Source: a virus (lineage: Duplodnaviria; Caudoviricetes). Taken from it: a stretch of 31,853 bases of DNA. Each line of letters opens with the position of its first letter. The stretch's first letter is position 1. Below the pieces are notes generated by a model. It worked only from the letters and a program-made list of their open reading frames with translations. It was not told the origin of the DNA and searched no databases. The position numbers were made by a program, and so were the translations under genes. Where the stretch lies: the IMG/VR virus record IMGVR_UViG_3300031589_000012, positions 1-31,853 of that record; one strand, 5' to 3'. Of this stretch, positions 8,701-14,780 are shown one piece after another.

Positions 8701-9625
8701 TTAGTGCAGCACCTGTACCTGCTCCCACCGCTGCTCCTGCTCCTGCTGCTGCAAGAGATCCTGGATTAAACATTGAAGCAAGTGAGTCAACAAGTAATTC
8801 TGGAGCTATAGAAAGGTTTGATCCAAAGCCAAGCATAAAACCAAGTACACCACCACCATTTGATTCGTAAATTTTCTGAAAGCTTTTCATTTCATCTGAA
8901 ACAGCAACATTTTCAGATTGTTTAACAGCAGCTATATAATTTTCTAATTCTTCTGGTGAGATATTTTTTCCTTTTGCAAATAAAGCAATAGAATCGTCTA
9001 CAGACTGTCCTTTAGTAAAACCATTACCAATAGCTCTATATATATCACCCCAGAAATCAGCACTTAAAACTCCTAAAATTGGAACATCATCAAACGCCCA
9101 ATCAGAAGCTTTTCCTAACCAGCTTTCTTCAAGCCAAGTCGTACCTTCTTCTAATTCTTTTTCTTCGTCAACTACATTACCTTGTTCGTCAAATTGAAAA
9201 ATATCAGTACCACCTTCCATCATTTCTGAAATTCTTTCAGTGGCAGTTGAATTAGGATTTTCTACTCCAGGAAGAGTATCTTGAGGAGTTTCAATGTTTT
9301 CCTCTACAATAGTTTCATTTGGGTTTTCAACTATTATGTCTGAAGAATCCGAAGATCCAACTGTCTCCACTGTAGGAGTTGAAGTATTTGATTCCGTATT
9401 TTCCGTTGGAGAAATAATAGGAGAATCTCCAGTTTCGATTTTTTTTTTTCGTGTAAAATTAACACCTTCTTTAAAGTCTTCGATTGAATCAAAAGAACCA
9501 TCTTTTAAAAGACCAAATATAGTTTCTGGATCAGCACCATCAGTAAAGTCTATAAATTCTTGTAAAGAATCGAACGCACCTTCTTGAAGTAAATCGTATT
9601 CAAATAAATCTTCTATTTCAAACAT
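2774..9625 (-). CDS. Giant internal virion/ejection protein (T7 gp16 position; large polyvalent-type), 2283 aa
   Basis: Last gene of the structural operon. Acidic N-terminus, Gly/Ala-rich hydrophobic segments (about 8240-8870), acidic linkers, long helical C-terminal half. No RNA polymerase DxDxD motif seen. Confidence 0.75.
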   Translation of the reverse strand: MFEIEDLFEYDLLQEGAFDSLQEFIDFTDGADPETIFGLLKDGSFDSIEDFKEGVNFTRKKKIETGDSPIISPTENTESNTSTPTVETVGSSDSSDIIVENPNETIVEENIETPQDTLPGVENPNSTATERISEMMEGGTDIFQFDEQGNVVDEEKELEEGTTWLEESWLGKASDWAFDDVPILGVLSADFWGDIYRAIGNGFTKGQSVDDSIALFAKGKNISPEELENYIAAVKQSENVAVSDEMKSFQKIYESNGGGVLGFMLGFGSNLSIAPELLVDSLASMFNPGSLAAAGAGAAVGAGTGAALTAAGGPLALFGAGAGGVAGAMGGASSALEFGMSYTEFMKEEVEKKGGKFNQEGIRKVLNDPEALQSIRNRAAARGLAIGMIDALTAGLAGKAVGATRTVLASATEKLLATGGKGTVTRAMVNKGIEISAGLGVEIVGGSTGEAVARLAAGQKMDVAEIGLEGFAGAGNAPISIARGVYTTPQYSLNGDLVTKNYILATIGTATPAQIAEMNIVVKNDSDIKKVVTDLKATSQFELEISETTNVPVGPDMDALIKLEIEKSKLPDSRSETTRLKRDQINEQIKALVQKYDGALSESVTIERDGNTFTENLVVTEQDAIDQLVLEGETSFNPNSLRDKQQAMMEQLKNSDQQAENAIAAEEETKKFQDNNVVFKKELFTVTTEDGGRVEVTVNTYLDGSLGPAESVFFDAEGNQVNKQNTKLGDNAIIIRKGLTAEQQVRAGFEYDGDVVEKTSEISGNEVNNPKKTAGLTTDQKQKLGIETETTKTKEDAVQKSETESLDVQEQTSDGQGVGESNVNQETTEVGQESQTQDTPTKEQEKKVEGFTTKRQKQPGRYRVPGSRSVDIEVSSDGTISAVERKTGRPLDGPIKPAVQEYILENIIDVNDGAPLNLDESTNLTPEQYTAEIAENSNNIKEIAETIDAEKKRSKELSKSEQESLADPLDIKGIIGKITEEDYARFGDRTNINPQMRRFWFKKKNKYGQSPKSELDVQIMELDGYTQENSKELIQEVIDFITANPTGKLDVQTGKPLGLVDLEIKFENLTGLKPTKRNINKVLSIDPNREPLVATKQRNKESNQKAAAEPGKFGKKRGPSPKKITGQTQSKIEVDEASALKSQIKLEAKAAKQSENAYRKAANKVAAYIKDIKAKGKISNRQAKLLLAKTLRTKLTDAKQVEKLNTYLTKVLVDASISERLFNAKKKQSQIDKNIKKGLIGSENIALVEVLQELGKTDLSSIPLNKLDAFESLMNTYGVKPKRGALNIKTIGADTQTGLDILNSLEQTEEVEVAPKEEKEAKEYDLVEAITEIQTTKANLEAITDKESKLVADQINDFTKEDIESLIIEKEDGTFDYSQLEQLRGVKQNLAQGIVTPTAMNLLTEVISNKAAKKVSVPISKVTLKGIMLNLRNITSSIKTAIKSNTPSGKNILLDKVRSGPAAYIDNAFGNFNSKTIYENTFGKLAQVYERFTVDTKKDFGKIEAAERILEYDGKNILRRKLRVGTTANKIVAKKYKIRLLQLAREHILNIDKNGKENPVAPSAKKMIDATLKFFKDTEGYENDFKILNKIAEEFTVDGEISLDKLEKSLTTGEKKALKIYDDVNASLASKAKFTSAVLRSNRIDLLNGYSHRIVLSTSKDAEVDVKAKADTFANASTKGGTMVERQKGVRPVSFDPSLSAQRGVQETNLDYYMTPTVREVQKTANKVLKNMASEGTVPSVKAAKALQKSLTEILKVTFTETMRDVTLAEEVANKVKRTAYQAILASLPRMGAELVSNMTYLTTNPKAAARGFTKYATLSFLGRKKGAAILNALGSTETTKLFDPKSISSRMTDMSNFAQTSPKSQRARSAFMNVIGQLLKLGPKQTVGAIDTLASGMIQSPDKAISIPMWYGTFSQTFKNETGIDLSKKDMEAIGEGTSKIQNKDGSIKKEYEKAVERSTRKADQMGTMISSSNNPFKGVIKNQSRSVGESSGNISNMYRTVNKFMASFSLFEYGTVRNAIGALYRSGDMSRSQASAVLLAATARMTMYPILYGVFSQGFDELFSNAEVEEDESDIEDIIMRQTIGTMLQLMTRRSVGNVPNLIPSYGIEKFNELMLGDFREGEYNPFKHSISFSQFNEDDIAKKGFIATMAKIFAGPMGPILNTVERSVALLYRSQNNKTKESREKNMDELTSRMALESLGNMGLIPFYKDIRRIVMKDMFEDGVIERREAKAKKERKKYMEFLKVSDPEEYRYELKQDAAEKKELDDNEFQEDDDDKFED
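7081..7239 (-). CDS. Nested overlapping gene in the +1 frame of the giant protein: 52-aa basic protein MPFKSQKQRAWMYKNKPAMAKEWEKATSTKRLPKLVKKAKPRTPLLKSRKRK
   Basis: ATG 7239-7237 to TAG 7083-7081, with A-rich leader (ACTAAAACCAAAGAAG-ATG). Local GC is about 48% by hand count (76/159), with many G/C-ending codons in the host frame. Confidence 0.75.
   Translation of the reverse strand: MPFKSQKQRAWMYKNKPAMAKEWEKATSTKRLPKLVKKAKPRTPLLKSRKRK
9439..9449 (-). other. A11 homopolymer, candidate slippage/frameshift site near codon 60 of the giant gene
   Basis: Minus strand reads ACA CGA AAA AAA AAA ATC. The -1 frame stays open to TGA 9329-9327 and the +1 frame to TAA 9336-9334. Confidence 0.55.
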
Positions 9626-9628
9626 ATC

Positions 9629-11833
9629 TTATGGTGTTGTTTTTTTATCTGTCCACATTTTCATAATCCTGGCCTTATAAAGAGCCGCGCTTTCGCCTGT
9701 CTTTTGAGGATTTTTAGCCTGTATCAAGTTTACTGAAGGTCTTCCTCCAGCCTTTCTTTTTGCGTCTGTACTTTCTCTTTCTTTATTAACAGCTTGAATA
9801 CCGTTATTTATTGCTTCAGTAATAAGCTCTGCCATTTTTTGTTTAGACAAGTTTTGATCAAGTAAAATAGGAGTTGACGTTCCTGCTATATTAATCATTA
9901 CTACTTCTTCTCCCACACCTCTATTTGCATATGGGCCTGTTTTAAAATCTTGGGATAATTTACCAGTCGGATCTTTTGCGTCAAGTTCTGCTATATATTC
10001 ATTTAAAATTTTGTCAGCGTCAGCATCAGCAAATAATTTTGTCTTAGCATTACCAAGGTTAGATCTTTTAATATTCTTTTTAACCCCTGACTTTAATGCT
10101 TTCTGCATTATTTCATTAATAGACTCTTCAGCAGCGTCATCACCTTTCAGCCAATCTACAACTCCTCCTGTAGTGCCATCAAAAGCATCATCTAATAAAC
10201 TTAAAACAGTGTCTCCACCTGCATTTACTTTTTGATTTTCTGTAATTAAATCATAAGCCGCTCTTGGAGCGCCTCCAGCAAGTCTACCTGATCGTTTCTT
10301 TTTACCACTCAAATCATATTTAACTTCTTTCAGACCTTCTTCAATTTGAGTCCTGTTAGCTGCTTCACCTGTTAAACTTTTATATAGACCTGTTATTTCA
10401 TTTATTAGATCAACATCATTATAAGCTTCGTTTTCTGGGGTAGTAGGATCGTCAATTTCTCCAGTAGTAGATCTACGAGGTACTGATATCGGATCTTCTC
10501 CATCCTTGTAAAATATAATAGTATCATCATTTATATCAAAATCAACAATATCTGAAGTATCGTCTTTTTTATTATCATTTATATCTATTATTAAACTTCT
10601 AACAATATTTTCTGCATTTGCCGTATCACCTGTAAGAACATCCGCAAGTTGCGCAGCATACCCACCAATTTTTGTATCAATTTTACTTGTAGTCTGTGAC
10701 GCTGCACTTAATTGCTGCCCACTAAGTCCTTTAGTTTTTGTTGTTTTTTGTCCAAATTGAATAAGAATTTTGTCTTCCACAAAACCTTCTGCCGCAGTTT
10801 TTTGCCCATCTTTTAATGTAACACTTGGAGGCTGAGAACTGTAATCTGCTTCAATCCATTTAGATAAATCCTTACCTCCTTTATCAACAAACTCTTGCTC
10901 TGTTTGAGCAATTATATATCCATCATCACCAAAACTCTCGTTTACTAAAATATTAGCTATAGATAAATTATCAGAAAGTATAGATCCCTTTAAGGTATCT
11001 ACCATTTTGGTAAAATTAGTACCTCCTTCTTTTCCTTTTAAAGCGTCTTCCATTTCTCTTGCACCTTCACGAGTAACAACGATATTACCACCAGCTTCAA
11101 TAGTGTATCCACTAATTGTAGAGGTAATAAAAGCACCAACATTCTTTTTTTCATTAGCAATTAAAGAAGTTAAATCATACTTGGAATTATCATCTTGGTA
11201 TAACAATAAGTTATTCATGTTGTTAAAACTACCATAACGATCTTTTTGAGTTTCAAAATCAGGCATACTACCATCCTCATTTAATCTTACTAAATAAGAA
11301 TTACCTGTAGCAGAAGTGAAAGGAACTACGTTATTTAAATTATTAAAAGCTAATGTAGATTCCTTTATAGCTGTCTCCATTCCTGAAGCTATAATTTTGT
11401 TTGTTTTTGGATCAAGCTTTTGTCTTGATTCCGAAACTTTAAATTTTTCATTCCAATCTTTAGCTGCAATACCCCAGTTAGCCATGTCGTCTTTAGCTGT
11501 TTGAAGTGTAGCCATAAAATCAGCAGGCTTAATCTTACCTTTTTTCATTAGTTTAGACTGCATTAAAAGAGTTTCTTTTAAACCTTTAGCTGCCAATAAA
11601 ACTGTTTGTCCTAATGTTTGATTTTGAAACGAATCCGCTTTCTCTAACTGAGCAATTACATCGTCTGTATCTGTTTGTATCTTTGCTTTTTTCCCCTCTC
11701 TTTCGGTTGCTATAGCATTTACACCAGTGACAATTTTAGATGCCTCTTCTTGAAAATTTAACTGAGATCCTTCACGACCTTGATATATTTCGTAATCAGA
11801 TACTGATTCTTTTCTTGAAAATTCGTTTGCCAT
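9629..11833 (-). CDS. Putative internal virion/ejection protein (T7 gp15 position), 734 aa
   Basis: Lies between the small Ala-rich ejection protein and the giant protein; helical N-terminal half. Confidence 0.6.
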   Translation of the reverse strand: MANEFSRKESVSDYEIYQGREGSQLNFQEEASKIVTGVNAIATEREGKKAKIQTDTDDVIAQLEKADSFQNQTLGQTVLLAAKGLKETLLMQSKLMKKGKIKPADFMATLQTAKDDMANWGIAAKDWNEKFKVSESRQKLDPKTNKIIASGMETAIKESTLAFNNLNNVVPFTSATGNSYLVRLNEDGSMPDFETQKDRYGSFNNMNNLLLYQDDNSKYDLTSLIANEKKNVGAFITSTISGYTIEAGGNIVVTREGAREMEDALKGKEGGTNFTKMVDTLKGSILSDNLSIANILVNESFGDDGYIIAQTEQEFVDKGGKDLSKWIEADYSSQPPSVTLKDGQKTAAEGFVEDKILIQFGQKTTKTKGLSGQQLSAASQTTSKIDTKIGGYAAQLADVLTGDTANAENIVRSLIIDINDNKKDDTSDIVDFDINDDTIIFYKDGEDPISVPRRSTTGEIDDPTTPENEAYNDVDLINEITGLYKSLTGEAANRTQIEEGLKEVKYDLSGKKKRSGRLAGGAPRAAYDLITENQKVNAGGDTVLSLLDDAFDGTTGGVVDWLKGDDAAEESINEIMQKALKSGVKKNIKRSNLGNAKTKLFADADADKILNEYIAELDAKDPTGKLSQDFKTGPYANRGVGEEVVMINIAGTSTPILLDQNLSKQKMAELITEAINNGIQAVNKERESTDAKRKAGGRPSVNLIQAKNPQKTGESAALYKARIMKMWTDKKTTP

Positions 11834-11843
11834 TTTTTATATT

Positions 11844-12464
11844 TTATAATCCTGCTGCTTTATCAGCGGCCATTCTATCTAAATACGCTTGTTCAGCTGC
11901 AGTTGTTGCTCCTCCACCAAATAAAGGAGCTAATTGAGCTGCTTGACCAGCTGTACTTACAACACCAGAAATTCCTTGAGACATAGCTTGTGCTGAAGCT
12001 GCTGCTGATTCTTTAGCCACCTTATCTTGATCTTTTGCGTATCCTAAATCTATTCTTTTTAAATCTTGGTTTATAGCGTCTTTAGCATCAGCTTTCATTT
12101 TTTCATTAGCCTCTAAATCTTTTTGTAAAGCTAAACGTGTAGTGTTTGTACTTGCATCAGAAGCTTGTTGAACTAAGCCAACACCTGCTGCTAAATTACG
12201 ACTATCACCTTCTTGTAAGGCCTGTATGTTTTGAGTTTGTGCTTGTAAATTGTTTTGAAACGCAGCATCATATGCCTCGGTTGAAACATTTAAACCAGCG
12301 TAGAAGTTCTTTTCAGCTTTAGCTTTTGCTGCCGCCATTGCTTTTTTTGCTGCCGCTTCAGCTTCTTCTGACTTTCGTCCTTGCTTAGCTGACTGACTAA
12401 AAGAATTTATCGCTCCTCCTGCTGATGCCGCTACACCAATTACTGCTGCTGTTGTTACTGCCAT
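11844..12464 (-). CDS. Putative small ejection protein (T7 gp14 / P22 gp7-like), 206 aa
   Basis: Hydrophobic Ala/Gly N-terminus (MAVTTAAVIGVAASAGGAI), Ala/Gln coiled coil, second Gly/Ala segment near the C-terminus. Confidence 0.7.
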   Translation of the reverse strand: MAVTTAAVIGVAASAGGAINSFSQSAKQGRKSEEAEAAAKKAMAAAKAKAEKNFYAGLNVSTEAYDAAFQNNLQAQTQNIQALQEGDSRNLAAGVGLVQQASDASTNTTRLALQKDLEANEKMKADAKDAINQDLKRIDLGYAKDQDKVAKESAAASAQAMSQGISGVVSTAGQAAQLAPLFGGGATTAAEQAYLDRMAADKAAGL

Positions 12465-12465
12465 G

Positions 12466-12876
12466 TTATAGTTTTTTAATCATTTCAATAGAATATGTAG
12501 AAGCTTCTTCATATCCTATTTTTTTATATACATTTATTAATGGTTTGTTTTTAATTAACGCATATACATATTTTTTATTTAAATTCTTAGCTTGTTCGGT
12601 TATTGTATTTACCAATAAGGCTAATCCATTTTTTCTGTTTTCACGATCTTTATAATGTATGTTAGATATAATCCAATCACACCAAACTGCTGTAGAGTTA
12701 GTTGTGTACATAAACCCTGCGCAAATAGGAATTTCTTGATCATAAACTATATAACCTCCAGTTCCATTTTCTGGAAGAAAATCTTTTGCAGGTGCAGTCC
12801 ATCTCCAATCATTCCACCAATCAACAAGTATACTGTCGTAATCGCCTGCTTCTAATGGTCGTATATTTAATTTCAT
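12466..12876 (-). CDS. GNAT-fold acetyltransferase-like protein (T7 gp13 position), 136 aa
   Basis: MKLNIRPL start, beta strands GGYIVY and ICAGFMY, and C-terminal N..LINVYKKIGY GNAT motif. Confidence 0.75.
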   Translation of the reverse strand: MKLNIRPLEAGDYDSILVDWWNDWRWTAPAKDFLPENGTGGYIVYDQEIPICAGFMYTTNSTAVWCDWIISNIHYKDRENRKNGLALLVNTITEQAKNLNKKYVYALIKNKPLINVYKKIGYEEASTYSIEMIKKL

Positions 12877-12882
12877 TTAATA

Positions 12883-12890
12883 CAAAGATA
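12883..12890 (-). promoter_or_regulatory. Bacteroidota sigma-A -7 element TATCTTTG
   Basis: Matches TAnnTTTG; intergenic, 6 nt upstream of the GNAT ATG; no clear -33 TTG. Confidence 0.6.
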
Positions 12891-12898
12891 ATAAAATT

Positions 12899-13729
12899 TT
12901 ATGGATAACTTTTCATCACACTACTACCGACAGAAAACAGTTCAACTGGATCAGTAGAGTCATTTTTTAAAGTGAATTGTAAGAAATATCCTCTTGCACC
13001 ATTAGACTCTGCAACCGCATTTTTTATAAACATAATAAACTGTCCAACTGTTGGAACTGTGCTTCCTCCTGAAGAAGCATCTACAGTAATACTTGTACTT
13101 AATTTTGCGGTAATTTCTCCTATTAGAAAAGGCTCTGTAGTTGCAACACCAGCCGCTAAAGTAGCTCCGTATGCTGTATCTCCAATATTTAATATTGATC
13201 CAATAGGGGTTGCAAAAACAATTTTAGTTGAGTTGGCTGCTCCACTTACTGCTATACACGCACCAATACCATTAGCGGAACGCATTTGCCAATTTACAGT
13301 TCCCTCATTTGTTCTAATATATGAAAACCACTCACCTTCTTTTTCTTGAAAATAAGTTTCCAACATAGATCCTGGATTACCATCAGTTAAATCTGTTAAT
13401 AAAGAAGTGCAGTTCCAACGAGCCTCATTTGTGTCTACTACTGTAGTATTGGATTCGTAAGATAAAGTTTTAAATAACTTAATAGATAAAGTTGGAATTG
13501 GATTAAACACACTTGTTATAGAAGAAGCTGTAAAAGTTCCGTAATAATTATTTCTTTGAGGATTGGTGTTATGTCTCCATAAATTACCTCCCTTAAAACT
13601 ATAAAAAAAACTATTCATTCCTATCATGAAATCAGGGAAAAAGGAATAAAAAGAAGGCCACCCACCTTGACCACCGTACTTAGGAAGTGATGAAGAATCT
13701 CTATTATATGTTAACGTGTAATTTGGCAT
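12899..13729 (-). CDS. C-terminal portion of the tail nozzle/stabilisation protein, encoded as a separate gene, 276 aa
   Basis: YTLTY...GWPSFYSFFPDFM..MNSFFYSFKGGNLWRHN, KLFKTLSYES, FQEKEGEWFSYI, GARGYFLQFTL and VELFSV are motifs I recognise from the C-terminus of crAss-type muzzle proteins. Confidence 0.65.
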   Translation of the reverse strand: MPNYTLTYNRDSSSLPKYGGQGGWPSFYSFFPDFMIGMNSFFYSFKGGNLWRHNTNPQRNNYYGTFTASSITSVFNPIPTLSIKLFKTLSYESNTTVVDTNEARWNCTSLLTDLTDGNPGSMLETYFQEKEGEWFSYIRTNEGTVNWQMRSANGIGACIAVSGAANSTKIVFATPIGSILNIGDTAYGATLAAGVATTEPFLIGEITAKLSTSITVDASSGGSTVPTVGQFIMFIKNAVAESNGARGYFLQFTLKNDSTDPVELFSVGSSVMKSYP

Positions 13730-13746
13730 AATGTTTTTTTAAAATG

Positions 13747-14769
13747 TTATATACATGGGGTTGATGAAACAACAACTCCGTTTCGTACTCCAAGCGCGGT
13801 TGTTCCTCCTATTATAAAATATTTAATAGTTGCAGCGTCACCTAAGTATGTTGATCCATTAGCATCACTAAAAACAAAGTTACCTACTTCTGGAACTGTA
13901 TTAGTTCTAATGCTATAAGGAACAGAAGTTCCTGTTGCATTTTGAATAAAATAATAAGTTTGTGTAGCGGCAGCACAAGTAGCTGCATTTTCTGGAGTTG
14001 AAGCTTGAAAACTCGGTAATGCTATAGGACAATCTACCTCCCAATTAAATGCAGTTCCACATAATGGTGCAAATATTTTTAAGTTTAAGGTCGTTGGTGT
14101 TACAGATGTTTTTGGAACAACCATAGTAAATACAGGAGAATTAGGATCTGAAGCATAACCTATAGCATTAGAAGCAACTGTTACATTTTGAGTTGTTCCT
14201 TGATCCACGTATGTACCAGACACTAAAGAAAAATTAGCTGGAGAAGTACCTTGAGTTGGACAAGATCCAGCACTATCGTAAGGACTGTTACTTAATAAGT
14301 CTGCATTTTGATTACCTACATATGTAGGAAGTGATGTCCCCTGGTTTCCAATTCCAGCATAGTCAACTTGAGTATTAGATCCATCAACTAACGATACTCC
14401 ATTGTGGTTATCTGCTGCTGTTAATCTATTATATCCAACACCATTTAATGTAGCAATAATACCATCTGGGACTGAGCCACCCATAAAGCAGCGTATTACT
14501 ACCGCTCCTAAATCATTTGCTAAATCAATATTAGCATCAAAAACTCCATTTTGATTACCGATAGATGCAGAAAGTCCTGATCCACATGGAACTAAACAAG
14601 CGCTGCATGGTTGAGCGTTAAGTAGTACGCCATTTAATTGTTGCCTTACTATTAATCCTTGACCATAATAACCATCATTAGCTAAAGTGCTTAATGTAGA
14701 GTCTGTGTATAAAGATGTTGCTGACGAAAAATTTACGCCATCGAAACAAAATGTTCCTAATGTTGCCAT
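13747..14769 (-). CDS. Cys-rich beta-structured tail accessory / putative receptor-binding protein, 340 aa
   Basis: 10 Cys; S/T/G/N-rich; shares two module types with the C-terminal extension of the 1608-aa protein. Confidence 0.6.
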   Translation of the reverse strand: MATLGTFCFDGVNFSSATSLYTDSTLSTLANDGYYGQGLIVRQQLNGVLLNAQPCSACLVPCGSGLSASIGNQNGVFDANIDLANDLGAVVIRCFMGGSVPDGIIATLNGVGYNRLTAADNHNGVSLVDGSNTQVDYAGIGNQGTSLPTYVGNQNADLLSNSPYDSAGSCPTQGTSPANFSLVSGTYVDQGTTQNVTVASNAIGYASDPNSPVFTMVVPKTSVTPTTLNLKIFAPLCGTAFNWEVDCPIALPSFQASTPENAATCAAATQTYYFIQNATGTSVPYSIRTNTVPEVGNFVFSDANGSTYLGDAATIKYFIIGGTTALGVRNGVVVSSTPCI

Positions 14770-14780
14770 ATTTTATTTAT

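Noticed and set aside
9334-9501. 55-aa +1-frame ORF with its own ATG (MVLLIQSKTLKKVLILHEKKKSKL...) as an independent nested gene
   Set aside because: Its first half has the L/K/V composition expected of a shadow of acidic codons. Only the part after the A11 run shows codon constraint, so it is treated under the slippage finding.
10526-10543. DFDIND in the 734-aa protein, resembling the crAss virion RNAP catalytic DFDID motif
   Set aside because: Third Asp is misplaced, there is no surrounding double-psi barrel context, and the protein is too small; probably chance in an acidic region.
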